In this document: positions 37,840 to 47,833 of the stretch, piece by piece | How the letters are laid out: each line of letters opens with the position of its first letter | Position numbering within the stretch: the first letter of the stretch is position 1 | Origin: an uncultured Gammaproteobacteria bacterium | Lineage (GTDB): Bacteria; Pseudomonadota; Gammaproteobacteria; Steroidobacterales; Steroidobacteraceae | Length of the DNA: 64,000 nucleotides | Direction of reading: 5' to 3' | Assembly (NCBI GenBank): GCA_963730565.1 | Contig: CAVSSU010000007.1 | Span: forward strand, 4,170 to 68,169 | Position numbers and translations under genes: made by a program | Notes under the pieces: model-generated | Told to the model about the DNA's origin: nothing | The model's input: the letters and a program-made list of their open reading frames with translations, nothing else | Databases searched by the model: none

Positions 37840-38891
37840 GGCGAGTCCTCAAGGTTCCGAATTGAGTGATGAATGTCGCGCCGCGGTTCGCCTCGAGGTT
37901 CCGCCCCCAAAGGTGCGTAAAGACCTGCGCCCCGGCCGCGCTCCTGGACGAGCGCGAGCACCGCATCGACCATCGGCGTCGCGACGCCGGCGAGCCTGCC
38001 GAGCTCCTGCACGGCGGTGACCAGGGCATCGATCTCCAGCGATCGCCCGCGCTCCAGGTCCTGCAGCATGGACATCTTGTGGCCGGCGATGGAGCCCGCC
38101 GCCGCAAAGCGCCGCTCCATCATGTCGCCGGGAATATCGATGCCGAGCGCCTCGTTCACCGCCTTGGTCTCGAGCATCATGGACTTGCACAAGCCCAGAA
38201 GTCCCGGCTCCGCGATGATTCGGTCGATCGTTGCGCCCGTCAGCGCGCTTATGGGACTGAAGCAGACGTTGCCCCAGAGCTTGAGCCAGATGTTCCAGCG
38301 TACGTCCTCGCGCACCGGCGCCTCGAGACCGGCGCCGATGAGCGCCCCGCTCAATGCCGCGACGCGCGCCGAGCGGCTCCGGTCCGGCTCGCCGAGGATG
38401 AACCGCTTCAGCGCGTGATGCACGATGACACCCGGTTCGGCGACCTCGCACGCCGGCTCCACCACGCAGCCGATGGCGCGCTCGGGCCCGATGGCATTCC
38501 ACTGCCGATCGCCGGGATCCACGGACGCGAGGCGGTGACCGTCGAAGCGGCCTCCGCATTTGTAGAAATACCACCAGGGTATGCCGTTCATCGCGGTCAG
38601 CACGGCGGTGGAAGGTCCGAGGAGCGGCGCAAAATCGGGAGCGCTCGCGTACGCCTGATGTGCCTTGAGCGCGCAGATCACGAAATCCTGGTGGCCGAAT
38701 GCGCTCGGATCATCGCTGGCACGCACGCGCGCGACCTTTTCGCCGCCCTCGATCCTCAGGGTGAGCCCGCGCTCGCGGATGGCGCGAAGATGCGCGCCGC
38801 GTGCGATCACGCAGACGTCGTGACCGGCGGACGCCAGCTCCACCGCGACGTAGCCGCCGATCGCACCGGCCCCGTAAATGCAAAATCTCAT
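37836..38891 (-). CDS. PanE/ApbA-family ketopantoate-reductase-like NAD(P)H oxidoreductase (paralogue 1)
   Basis: Rossmann N-terminus MRFCIYGAGAIGGYVA. Also has MNGIPWWYF, IWLKLWGN and HKMSMLQDLERGR. Only the lower part of the 717-aa ORF is real. Confidence 0.8.
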   Translation of the reverse strand: MRFCIYGAGAIGGYVAVELASAGHDVCVIARGAHLRAIRERGLTLRIEGGEKVARVRASDDPSAFGHQDFVICALKAHQAYASAPDFAPLLGPSTAVLTAMNGIPWWYFYKCGGRFDGHRLASVDPGDRQWNAIGPERAIGCVVEPACEVAEPGVIVHHALKRFILGEPDRSRSARVAALSGALIGAGLEAPVREDVRWNIWLKLWGNVCFSPISALTGATIDRIIAEPGLLGLCKSMMLETKAVNEALGIDIPGDMMERRFAAAGSIAGHKMSMLQDLERGRSLEIDALVTAVQELGRLAGVATPMVDAVLALVQERGRGAGLYAPLGAEPRGEPRRDIHHSIRNLEDSP

Positions 38892-38987
38892 CGGCTTTCC
38901 TCGCGGCAAAAGTCTACGCGAAAGGGGTACGATGGGCATACCCGGAGGGCACGCCCGAAGGGGCTTACCCCAATGAGGATCGATTCC

Positions 38988-39986
38988 ATGGCGAACGTGC
39001 CCGCTGAAATGAACGTGACCGAGATCGCCGCGCCCGGCGGTCCGGAACAGCTGAAATCCGCCCGGCGTCCCACGCCCAAACCCGGCGAAGGCGAAGTTCT
39101 GGTGCGGGTCGCGGCGGCCGGCGTCAATCGTCCGGATGTCATGCAGCGGCAAGGCCGCTATCCGCCCCCGGCGGGCGCCTCGGACATCCCGGGGCTCGAG
39201 ATCGCCGGGGAAGTCGTCGCGATCGGGCCGGGCGCTTCGGGCGTCGCGCTCGGCGATAAGGTGATGGCGCTGCTCCCCGGGGGCGGCTATGCCGAATATG
39301 CGGTGGCCGCGGCGCCGCTGTGCCTGCCGATCCCCAAGAATATGACCCTGGTCGAGGCGGCGGCGGTGCCGGAAACGTTCTTCACGGTATGGACCAACCT
39401 GTTCGATCGGGGCGGATGCAAGGCCGGCGACACCGTCCTGGTCCACGGCGGCACCAGCGGCATCGGGACGACGGCGATACAACTCGCCGCAGCCTGGGGA
39501 GCCAAGGTGTACGCCACGGCCGGCAGCGCCGACAAGGCGCGTTTTTGCGAGCGTCTCGGGGCGGTGCGCGGCATCGACTACCACAGCGAGGATTTCGTCG
39601 CGGTGGTGCGCGAGGCAACCGGCGGCCGGGGCGTCGATCTGATTCTCGACATCGTGGGCGCGAATTATCTCGCCCGCAATTTCGAGGCTGCCGCAGTCGA
39701 GGGGCGCGTCGTCGTCATCTCGCTGATGAGCGGGGCGCGGACCGAGATCAATCTGAACACCATTTTGAGCAAACGGCTGACGCTCACGGGTTCGACGCTG
39801 CGCATACGCAGTGTCGCGCAAAAAGCGCTCGTGGCCGAGTCCGTGCGGCGCAATGTATTGCCGCTCCTCGCCGAGGGCCGGGTCAAGCCCGTGATTCACG
39901 CGACGTTTCCGCTCGCCCAGGCGGCCGATGCTCATCGGTTGATGGAGAGCTCGCAGCATATCGGCAAGATCGTGCTCGAGGTCTAG
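38988..39986 (+). CDS. qor: NAD(P)H:quinone oxidoreductase (zeta-crystallin/MDR family)
   Basis: Motifs GEVLVRVAAAGVNRPD, GLEIAGEV, VLVHGGTSGIGTTAIQLA and HIGKIVLEV. GAGGA lies 8 nt before the ATG at 38988. Confidence 0.85.
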   Translation: MANVPAEMNVTEIAAPGGPEQLKSARRPTPKPGEGEVLVRVAAAGVNRPDVMQRQGRYPPPAGASDIPGLEIAGEVVAIGPGASGVALGDKVMALLPGGGYAEYAVAAAPLCLPIPKNMTLVEAAAVPETFFTVWTNLFDRGGCKAGDTVLVHGGTSGIGTTAIQLAAAWGAKVYATAGSADKARFCERLGAVRGIDYHSEDFVAVVREATGGRGVDLILDIVGANYLARNFEAAAVEGRVVVISLMSGARTEINLNTILSKRLTLTGSTLRIRSVAQKALVAESVRRNVLPLLAEGRVKPVIHATFPLAQAADAHRLMESSQHIGKIVLEV

Positions 39987-40086
39987 CATCGCGGAGGTGG
40001 ATCGCGCCGGCCGGCTTATGGCGCCGGCGCGCCCCGGATCTCACCGTGGCATGGACGCCTCGCGCGTCCACGCCAGGAGAGTTCTC

Positions 40087-41760
40087 CTAGAACAGCCCCA
40101 CCACTTTACCCTGCGCATCGATGTCGATCTTGTCCGCGGACGGCACCTTCGGGAGGCCAGGCATGGTCATCACGTCGCCGCAGACGACGACGATGAACTC
40201 GGCGCCGGCCGCGAGACGCACCTCGCGGATATTGAGGATGTGGCCGCTCGGCGCGCCGCGCGCACTGGGATCCGTCGAGAACGAGTACTGGGTTTTCGCG
40301 ATGCAGACGGGATAGTGGCCATACCCGTCCTTTTGAAGCTTGTCGATCTGCGCGCGGATCTTCGCATCGGCGGCGATGTCGGCGGCACCGTAGATCTTGG
40401 AGGCCACCGTCTTGATCTTGTCCCAGAGCGTCTGATTCTCGTCATAGACGAAGCTGAAATTCGATTTTCCGGTTTCGATCATCTCCACCACCTTCCTGGC
40501 CACGTCGGCCGCGCCCGCGCCGCCCTCGGCCCAGTGCTTCGCCGTGACCAGCGGCACGTTCAGCGCGGCCATCTTCTTCGCGAGCAGCTCGTTCTCCGCC
40601 TTGGTATCCGCGGTGAACTGGTTCACCGACACCACGCACGGCAGGCCGTAGTGGTTGCGCACGTTGTTCACGTGACGCTCCAGATTGGCGATGCCCTTCT
40701 CGAGCGCCGTCAGATTCTCGGTGTTGATCTGCTTCAGGTCCGCCCCGCCGTGATACTTCAAGGCACGGATGGTGGCGACGATCACCACCGCCGACGGTCG
40801 GAGCCCCGACTTGCGGCACTTGATGTCGATGAACTTCTCGGCGCCGAGATCCGCTCCGAAGCCGGCTTCGGTGACCACATAGTCGGCGAGCTTCAACGCC
40901 GTCGAGGTAGCCAGCACGGAATTGCAGCCATGGGCGATGTTTGCGAACGGGCCGCCGTGAATGAAGGCCGGATTGTTCTCGAGGGTCTGCACGAGGTTAG
41001 GCTTCAGGGCTTCCTTGAGCAGCACGGTCATCGCGCCCTGCGCGTTCAGATCCTTGGCACGAATCGGCGAGAGATCGCGGCGGTAACCCACCACGATGTT
41101 GCCCAGCCGTTGCTTCAAGTCTTCCAGGTTGAGCGCGAGACAGAAAATCGCCATGACTTCGGAAGCGACCACGATGTCGAAGCCGTCCTGCCGCGGGAAG
41201 CCGTTGCCGGGACCGCCCAGGCCGACCGTGATGTCGCGCAATGCGCGGTCGTTCATGTCCATCACGCGCTTCCATGCGATGCGCCGCACGTCGAAGCCCA
41301 GCTCATTGCCGTGATGAATATGGTTGTCGATCAGCGCCGAGAGCAGGTTGTGCGCGAGCCCGATGGCGCCGAAGTCGCCGGTGAAGTGCAGGTTGATGTC
41401 CTCCATCGGTACGACCTGGGCGAAGCCGCCGCCGGCCGCGCCGCCCTTCATGCCGAAGACGGGTCCCAAGCTCGGTTCGCGCAGGCAGATGACGGCTTTC
41501 TTGCCTATCTTGTTCAAGGCGTCGCCGAGACCCACGGTGGTCGTGGTCTTGCCCTCGCCGGCGGGCGTGGGACTCAGCGCCGTCACCAGGATCAACTTGC
41601 CGTCGGGCTTATCCTTCAGGCTCGCGATGTAATCGAGCGCGATCTTCGCCTTGTAATGACCGTAATTCTCGACGCTCGCAGTCGGAATACCGAGGCGCGC
41701 AGCGATCTCGGAAATGGGTTTCATGGTCGCGCTTTGGGCAATCTCTATGTCGGAACGCAC
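40087..41760 (-). CDS. fhs: formate--tetrahydrofolate ligase
   Basis: Motifs SDIEIAQ...[37 protein letters not shown] and PGLPK. The GTG start at 41760 has GGGGAG 6 nt upstream and gives 557 aa. Confidence 0.9.
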   Translation of the reverse strand: MRSDIEIAQSATMKPISEIAARLGIPTASVENYGHYKAKIALDYIASLKDKPDGKLILVTALSPTPAGEGKTTTTVGLGDALNKIGKKAVICLREPSLGPVFGMKGGAAGGGFAQVVPMEDINLHFTGDFGAIGLAHNLLSALIDNHIHHGNELGFDVRRIAWKRVMDMNDRALRDITVGLGGPGNGFPRQDGFDIVVASEVMAIFCLALNLEDLKQRLGNIVVGYRRDLSPIRAKDLNAQGAMTVLLKEALKPNLVQTLENNPAFIHGGPFANIAHGCNSVLATSTALKLADYVVTEAGFGADLGAEKFIDIKCRKSGLRPSAVVIVATIRALKYHGGADLKQINTENLTALEKGIANLERHVNNVRNHYGLPCVVSVNQFTADTKAENELLAKKMAALNVPLVTAKHWAEGGAGAADVARKVVEMIETGKSNFSFVYDENQTLWDKIKTVASKIYGAADIAADAKIRAQIDKLQKDGYGHYPVCIAKTQYSFSTDPSARGAPSGHILNIREVRLAAGAEFIVVVCGDVMTMPGLPKVPSADKIDIDAQGKVVGLF

Positions 41761-41898
41761 TTTTAACTCCCCGAATGACAGTAATTGATTGATGCCGCGC
41801 GCTCGCACGGCGGACGAGCGGCGCCGCCCGGAAAATGGGCGGCGCGCAATATAGCACGCGTTGGTCGCTCACCGGCCGCAGGGCCGGGGCGGGTCGGA

Positions 41899-42831
41899 TC
41901 AGGCACCCAGGATGGTCCCGGCGGTCAGACCCGCTTGCGCGCAAAATTCCGGTCCCGAGAGCTTCTTGCCGTCGTCCGGCCGAAGCGTGAGCACTTCGAT
42001 CTGGCCGCCCTGCGTGCTCACGAAGATGCTGCGTGCGTCGATGTCGGTCACCGCACCGATCTTCCCTTTGACCGCGGAAAAGGTGCGCGCAGGGACCTTC
42101 CGCGCTTCCAGAATCCGCAGCTTCTTGCCGTTGTACGTGGTCCACGCCCCCGGCGCCGGGATGCAGCCCCGGATCAGGTTGTAGACCTGGTCGATGTGGT
42201 TGTGCCAGTTGATCTTGGCCTCCGGATCGCGGCACCAGCCCTCATAGGTCGCCTGCGATTCGTCCTGCACGACTTCCTTGGCCTTGCCGCTCATCACCAG
42301 ATCGGCCGCCTCCGTCATGGCCGCCACGCCCATCGGGAAAAGCCGGTCGAAATAGACGCTCCCCAACGTATCGTCGGGTCCGATGGGGGTCTCCTTCTGC
42401 AGAATCACCGGGCCTTCGTCCAGTCCATCGCTCGGACGGAAAATGGTGAGACCGGTGCGCGTGTCGCCGCGGATGATGGGCCAGTTGATGGAACTCGGGC
42501 CTCGATATTTGGGGAGCAGGGATGGGTGATATTGAATCATCCCGTGGCGAGGAATCTTGGTGAACTCTTCCGGCGCGAACTGCAGCACGTAGGCCATGAC
42601 GCCCAAGTCCACATCGAGCGAGCGCAGCGCCTCCAGGGCTTCGGGCGCCTTGAGTGACGCGAGCTGAAACAGCCTGACCCCGCGTTCTCCGGCCCCTGCC
42701 CGAAGCGGGTCGGGCGGGGTGCCCTCCTTGTCGGGAGTGCAGAACACGCCGGCGACGGTATCGCCCCGGTCCAGGAACGCGTCCAGCACCGCTTTTCCAA
42801 ACTTCTGCTGGCCAATGATGGCAATTCGCAT
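41899..42831 (-). CDS. stand-alone formyltransferase-fold protein resembling the N-terminal hydrolase domain of 10-formyl-THF dehydrogenase
   Basis: From memory of ALDH1L1 Nt, the sequence aligns motif by motif: MRIAIIGQQKFG, TPDKEG..PDPL, PRHGMIQYHPSLLPKYRGPSSINW, ATYEG...KINW, IRG..PAPGAWT. 310 aa with no dehydrogenase domain. Confidence 0.75.
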   Translation of the reverse strand: MRIAIIGQQKFGKAVLDAFLDRGDTVAGVFCTPDKEGTPPDPLRAGAGERGVRLFQLASLKAPEALEALRSLDVDLGVMAYVLQFAPEEFTKIPRHGMIQYHPSLLPKYRGPSSINWPIIRGDTRTGLTIFRPSDGLDEGPVILQKETPIGPDDTLGSVYFDRLFPMGVAAMTEAADLVMSGKAKEVVQDESQATYEGWCRDPEAKINWHNHIDQVYNLIRGCIPAPGAWTTYNGKKLRILEARKVPARTFSAVKGKIGAVTDIDARSIFVSTQGGQIEVLTLRPDDGKKLSGPEFCAQAGLTAGTILGA

Positions 42832-43052
42832 TGTTTATTTCCTCCCCCCGGTCGAAATACGACCTCCAGGTACACAAAACCAGGTTGGAGACCCGAATCA
42901 TCGGGGAAACGGGGTCGCCAGCCGCCTGCCAGATATCTCATATATCATAGTCTGTTCTCTGGCGGTATAATTGAGTAAAAGCGTGCGCTATGAGCCGCCG
43001 TCGGTAATATATCCAGTGACCCAAATAGCCCTTGCGCCAAGGAGTATTTCAA

Positions 43053-44261
43053 ATGGCAGGTCGTAATTTTCTGTTCGTGCCGGGCCCGACCAATGTGCCC
43101 GATCGCGTGCTGCGTTCCATGGCAGTCGCGATGGAAGACCACCGTTCCCCGATATTCCCTGAGCTCGCCAAGGCCTGCCTGAGCGGTTTGAAGCCGATTT
43201 TCAAGACCAGCAGCGGAACGCCTTTCATTTTTCCATCCTCCGGCACTGGTTGCTGGGAAGCCGCACTCACCAACTGCCTGAATGCCGGCGACAAGGTGCT
43301 GGCGTCGCGCTTCGGTCAGTTCAGCCACCTGTGGATCGACATGTGCCAGCGCCTGGGTTTCGAGGTGGAAATCCTCGAGACGCCGTGGGGAGAGGGAGCG
43401 CCGGTCGAGCGCTATCTGGCATCGCTCGAAGCCGACAAGCAGCACAAGATCAAGGCGGTGCTGGTTTGCCAGAATGAGACCGCGACCGGCGTCACCAGCG
43501 ACGTGGCGGCCGTGCGCCAGGCGATGGACAGCTCGAAGCATCCCGCGCTTTTGTTCGTGGATGCGGTGAGCGCGCTGGCGAGCATCGACTTTCGCATGGA
43601 CGAGTGGGGCGTCGACGTGTGCGTCAGTGGATCTCAGAAGGGCCTGATGCTCCCGGCCGGCCTCGGCATCACCTGCGTGAGCCAAAAGGCGCTCGAGGCG
43701 GCCAAGAAGGCGAACTCGCGGCGCTGCTATTTCGATTACGCCGACATGGTCCAGGCCAACGCCTCGGGATATTTCCCCTACACCCCTGCCCTGCCGATGC
43801 TCTACGGTCTGCGCGAATCACTCGCCATGCTGTCCGAAGAGGGCTTGGAGAACGTGTTTCAGCGCCACGCCTATCTCGCCGGCGGTACACGTGCCGCCGC
43901 GATCGACGGGTGGAAGCTCAGGCTCTGCGCGGTCGCCCCGAAGTGGTACTCCGACACGGTGTCTGCGGTCATGGTGCCCGAGGGCATCAACGGTGCGGAC
44001 GTGATTTCGCGTGCGTTCAAGCGCTACAACCTGGCCTTGGGCGCCGGCCTGTCCAAAGTGGCCGGCAAGTTGTTCCGGATCGGCCACCTCGGCGATCTCA
44101 ACGAGTTGATGCTGCTCGGGGCGATTGCGGGCGCCGAAATGGCGATGCTGGATGTGGGCATCAAGATCGAACCCGGCAGCGGCGTCGCCGCCGCGCAGAA
44201 TTATTGGCGCAAGCACGCCGCGCAATCACGGAGCGAACCCGCGAAAGGCAAGGCCGCGTGA
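43053..44261 (+). CDS. sga: serine--glyoxylate aminotransferase (class V aminotransferase)
   Basis: Motifs NFLFVPGPTNVPDRVL, ETATGV, SGSQKGLMLPAGLG (PLP Lys) and FRIGHLG. AAGGAG lies upstream. Confidence 0.85.
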   Translation: MAGRNFLFVPGPTNVPDRVLRSMAVAMEDHRSPIFPELAKACLSGLKPIFKTSSGTPFIFPSSGTGCWEAALTNCLNAGDKVLASRFGQFSHLWIDMCQRLGFEVEILETPWGEGAPVERYLASLEADKQHKIKAVLVCQNETATGVTSDVAAVRQAMDSSKHPALLFVDAVSALASIDFRMDEWGVDVCVSGSQKGLMLPAGLGITCVSQKALEAAKKANSRRCYFDYADMVQANASGYFPYTPALPMLYGLRESLAMLSEEGLENVFQRHAYLAGGTRAAAIDGWKLRLCAVAPKWYSDTVSAVMVPEGINGADVISRAFKRYNLALGAGLSKVAGKLFRIGHLGDLNELMLLGAIAGAEMAMLDVGIKIEPGSGVAAAQNYWRKHAAQSRSEPAKGKAA

Positions 44262-45208
44262 CCCACCGGGTCGTCTTCCTGGATCGTGCCTCGCTCAAGG
44301 CGACGGTGCGCAAGCCCAAGCACGCGACCGAGTACGTCGAGTACCAGAAGACCGCCGTCGAAGAGATCGTGCCGCGTCTCGCGGAGGCGGAAGTCGCCAT
44401 CGTGAACAAGGTTCCGATGCGTGCGCCGACGCTCGAGAAGCTGCCGAAGCTCAAGCTGATAGCGGTGGCGGCGACCGGCTACGACGTGGTGGACGTGGCG
44501 TACTGCAAGGCGCACGGGATCGCCGTTGCCAATATCCGCAACTACGCGGTCCACACGGTGCCCGAACACGCCTTCATGATGATCCTGGCGCTGCGCCGGA
44601 GCCTGCTCGCCTACCGGCAGGACGTGGAAAACGGTGTCTGGAACCAATCGGACCAGTTCTGTTTTTTTACCCATCCCATCGGCGATTTGCACGGCGCGAT
44701 CCTCGGCATCATCGGCGAGGGTGCGATCGGCCAGGGGACAGCGGCGATCGGCAGAGCCTTCGGCATGAAGGTGCTGTTCGCGGATCACCCGCCCCCTAAG
44801 ATGGAGGGCGTGATCTTCACGCCCCACGAACAAGTGCTGGCCGAAGCGGATGTGATCTCGTTGCATTGCCCGCTCATGCCGTCGACCCGTAATCTCATCG
44901 ACCTCGCCGCTTTTCGCAGGATGAAGCGAACCGCGATCCTCATCAATACCGCGCGCGGCGGCTTGGTGGATGAGGCCGCGCTGATCCAGGCGCTCGATGA
45001 GGGGTTGATCGCCGGCGCCGGGTTCGACGTGCTCACCGTCGAGCCGCCGAAGGACGGACATCCGCTGCTCGATGTCCGCCGGCCCAATTTCATCCTCACG
45101 CCGCACATCGCTTGGGCCTCCGATGGCGCGATGCAGTTCCTGGCGGACCAATTGATCGATAATATCGATGCCTGGGCGGACGGCAGACCACAGCATCTCG
45201 TGACTTGA
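44258..45208 (+). CDS. hprA: hydroxypyruvate reductase / D-glycerate dehydrogenase (D-2-hydroxyacid DH family)
   Basis: Motifs GIIGEGAIGQGTA, INTARGGLVDEAAL and TPHIAWAS. The GTG start overlaps the sga stop. Confidence 0.8.
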   Translation: MTHRVVFLDRASLKATVRKPKHATEYVEYQKTAVEEIVPRLAEAEVAIVNKVPMRAPTLEKLPKLKLIAVAATGYDVVDVAYCKAHGIAVANIRNYAVHTVPEHAFMMILALRRSLLAYRQDVENGVWNQSDQFCFFTHPIGDLHGAILGIIGEGAIGQGTAAIGRAFGMKVLFADHPPPKMEGVIFTPHEQVLAEADVISLHCPLMPSTRNLIDLAAFRRMKRTAILINTARGGLVDEAALIQALDEGLIAGAGFDVLTVEPPKDGHPLLDVRRPNFILTPHIAWASDGAMQFLADQLIDNIDAWADGRPQHLVT

Positions 45209-45236
45209 GCCGGCGCGCCGGGGAGCGCGCTCTACG

Positions 45237-46112
45237 ATGACCAAGAAATTACTGTACCAATTCGATACTGACCCGTTACCTGCCGTTTTCGACAATGTAG
45301 TTGCATACGATGGCGGCGCCGATCACATCACCGCCTACGGCGGCGTGACCGCCGCCAATGTCGGCGGACTGGTCGAAGGGGCGATATTCACCCGTGGCCC
45401 CAAGGACAAGAAGAACACCGCCCTGTTCATCGGCGGCGGTAACATGGCCGCCGGCCAGGCGCTGCTCGCTGCGGTGCAGGCCAAGTTCTTCGGCAAGTTT
45501 CGCGTCTCGGTCATGTTCGACTGCAACGGATCGAATACCACGGCCGCGGCGGCAGTAGCGTGGCTTGCTCACGGGCGATCGCTCCGCGGCAAGCGCGCCG
45601 TGGTGCTCGCGGGCACCGGCCCGGTCGGGCAGCGCGCGGCGGCACTGCTCTCGAGCGAAGGGGCGACCGTTACCATCACCGGCCGCAAGCTCGACGCGGT
45701 GCAGACGGCCACCGCGTCCATCAAGTCGCGCTTCGGTATCGATGTGGAAGCTCGCGCCGCAGCGACCAACGAGGATCGCGCAGCGGCCATCGCGGGCGCC
45801 CACATCGTGCTCGCCACCGGCGCCGCCGGAATCACGCTGCTGCAAGCGAGCCAATGGCAGGAGCATCCCACCTTGGAACTGGTGGCGGATGCGAACGCAT
45901 CGCCTCCTGCCGGCATCGAGGGCGTGGCCATGGCCGATCGCGGCACCGAAAGGCACGGCAAGATATTGTTCGGTCCGTTGGGATTCGGCGCACTCAAGCT
46001 CGCGCTGCACCGGGCCTGCATTGCCAGATTGTTCGACCAGAACGACCTGGTGCTCGATGCGGAAGAGATCTACGCGCTCGCCAAAACCATGGTCGGGAAG
46101 ACGCCATCGTGA
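45237..46112 (+). CDS. mtdA: NADP-dependent methylene-tetrahydrofolate/tetrahydromethanopterin dehydrogenase MtdA
   Basis: Close colinear similarity to M. extorquens MtdA as I remember it: KKLL.QFDTD, YDGGADHIT.YG, GSNTTAAA, VVLAGTGPVG and LHRACIA.LF. Confidence 0.85.
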   Translation: MTKKLLYQFDTDPLPAVFDNVVAYDGGADHITAYGGVTAANVGGLVEGAIFTRGPKDKKNTALFIGGGNMAAGQALLAAVQAKFFGKFRVSVMFDCNGSNTTAAAAVAWLAHGRSLRGKRAVVLAGTGPVGQRAAALLSSEGATVTITGRKLDAVQTATASIKSRFGIDVEARAAATNEDRAAAIAGAHIVLATGAAGITLLQASQWQEHPTLELVADANASPPAGIEGVAMADRGTERHGKILFGPLGFGALKLALHRACIARLFDQNDLVLDAEEIYALAKTMVGKTPS

Positions 46113-46756
46113 ACGCACATCACTCCATCGAAACCATCACCGAGACCTCCATCGACGACTTTTTGGCTCACCTGGCCAGCAAGGACCCAACGCCCGGGGG
46201 CGGCAGCGCGGCGGCCATCATGGGAGCGATGGGCGCGGCCCTCATATCCATGGTCTGCAACGTGTCCTTTGGCAAGAAGGGCTATGAGGCCGCCGAGCCG
46301 GAGTTGCGCGAGGTGTGCGCTCAATGCGAGGCGTTGCGTAAGCGGCTGACCGGGATGGTGGCCGAGGACGTCTCGGCCTTCGGCGAATTGATGGCCGCCT
46401 ACAAGCTGCCCAAGGAAACGGACGAGGAGAAGCAGCGCCGCTCGCACGCCATCCAGGCCAGTCTCAAGCGCGCCACCGAGGTCCCGCTGGCCTGCGCCCG
46501 GGACTGCGCCGAGGTGATCCGCCTGTCGCGGCGCGCCGGCGAGCATGGCTATCTCGGCGTGATCAGCGACGCGGGTGTGGGTGCGTCAGCGGCCTATGCG
46601 GCGGCGCGCAGCGCCGCGCTGAACGTGTACATCAACGTCCCTTCTCTCAAGGATCGGGCTTTCGCGGAGCGGGCGCTCGCCGAACTCGACGGCATCATGA
46701 CTTCGTGCACGGCCGAGAGCGAGGCGGTGTACGCCCTGGTGCGCGAGAAGCTCTAG
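46109..46756 (+). CDS. fch: methenyl-tetrahydrofolate cyclohydrolase (Fch, cyclodeaminase-fold)
   Basis: Motifs PTPGGGSAAA.MGAMGAAL..MV and VSAFGELMAAYKLPK. The GTG start overlaps the mtdA stop. Confidence 0.85.
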   Translation: MNAHHSIETITETSIDDFLAHLASKDPTPGGGSAAAIMGAMGAALISMVCNVSFGKKGYEAAEPELREVCAQCEALRKRLTGMVAEDVSAFGELMAAYKLPKETDEEKQRRSHAIQASLKRATEVPLACARDCAEVIRLSRRAGEHGYLGVISDAGVGASAAYAAARSAALNVYINVPSLKDRAFAERALAELDGIMTSCTAESEAVYALVREKL

Positions 46757-46926
46757 GCGGGGCGCAGCCCGGATTGCGATCTCGCTATCCCGCACCCTCG
46801 GTACGCGTTGCTACCGGTTTACATATTCGCGGACCCGCGCGCCGCAACGGCTGCGGTGCGCCGCTTGACCCCATTTGCCGCCCTCCCCCGCTTCAGTTAC
46901 GGAGTCCCTCACAAACTGGAGCCGAC

Positions 46927-47805
46927 ATGAAATACATAGCCTGTCTTGCGGTCAGCGCGGCGTTCGCGATGAGCTGCGGAGCCCAATCGCCGGGCAACCT
47001 CGCCGAAGTCGCCATCATCGACCGGGACACCGGCGTGACGTTGACTCCCTATCATTATCGCGGCGAGTATTGGGTTGCCGGCAGACCGGGGGCGCGATAT
47101 GCCATCGCAATCCGCAACCACCTCGCGGAGCGGGTGCTTGCAGTAACATCGGTCGACGGGGTCAACGTGCTGTCGGGCGCCGACGCCGCCTGGGATCAGG
47201 CCGGCTATGTGTTCAGCGGCGGCGAAAGCTATGAGATCACCGGCTGGCGCAAGAGCAGCGCTGAGGTCGCTGCGTTCACCTTCACGGCTTCACCCAATTC
47301 CTACGCGGAGCGGACCGGGCGGCCGGCCAATGTCGGCGTCATCGGGATCGCGCTGTTTCGCGAGAAGCCGGCGGCCTATTCGCCACCGATGATCGGCGGG
47401 CGCTTGCGGGCGTGGCCCGAGGAGTTCGCGGGGAATTCCGATTCCGCCGCCGCCCGCGCCCTGTCGGGCCGGCGGGAATCGTCTGCTGAGTCGGCGCCGG
47501 CCGATCGTGCGGCCCCCGGAGCCGAAGCCGCCCCGCCGGCCGCGATCGCCCAGATCGGGCCGCCGGCCGAAGCCCCCTCGGCTCCCAAGCTCGGCACGGG
47601 GCATGGGGAACGCGAGTATTCCCGCGTCGACTACACCGAGTTTGCGAGGCTGCAGCCGCAACCGAACGAGGTCATCCGGATTCGCTACGACAGCTTCGAT
47701 AACCTGCTCGCCATGGGCGTCATCAAGCGGTCGCGTCCGGCATTCCCCAACGTCAATCCGTTCCCCGGCTCGCAGCAGCAATTCGTTCCCGATCCGCCGG
47801 GTTGA
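46927..47805 (+). CDS. secreted conserved hypothetical protein upstream of an ECF sigma factor
   Basis: Signal peptide MKYIACLAVSAAFAMSCGA. A globular N-terminal half is followed by a Pro/Ala-rich linker and a conserved C-terminal segment (GHGEREYSRVDYTEF...IRIRYDS). Confidence 0.5.
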   Translation: MKYIACLAVSAAFAMSCGAQSPGNLAEVAIIDRDTGVTLTPYHYRGEYWVAGRPGARYAIAIRNHLAERVLAVTSVDGVNVLSGADAAWDQAGYVFSGGESYEITGWRKSSAEVAAFTFTASPNSYAERTGRPANVGVIGIALFREKPAAYSPPMIGGRLRAWPEEFAGNSDSAAARALSGRRESSAESAPADRAAPGAEAAPPAAIAQIGPPAEAPSAPKLGTGHGEREYSRVDYTEFARLQPQPNEVIRIRYDSFDNLLAMGVIKRSRPAFPNVNPFPGSQQQFVPDPPG

Positions 47806-47833
47806 GTTGGCAGAGCTGCCATAATGACGGTGA

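Noticed and set aside
37836-39989. 717-aa minus-strand ORF as one gene.
   Set aside because: Only the C-terminal 351 codons (37836-38891) look like a real protein (PanE-like, starting MRFCIYGAGAIGG). The upstream part is antisense to the well-supported qor gene and is compositional noise.
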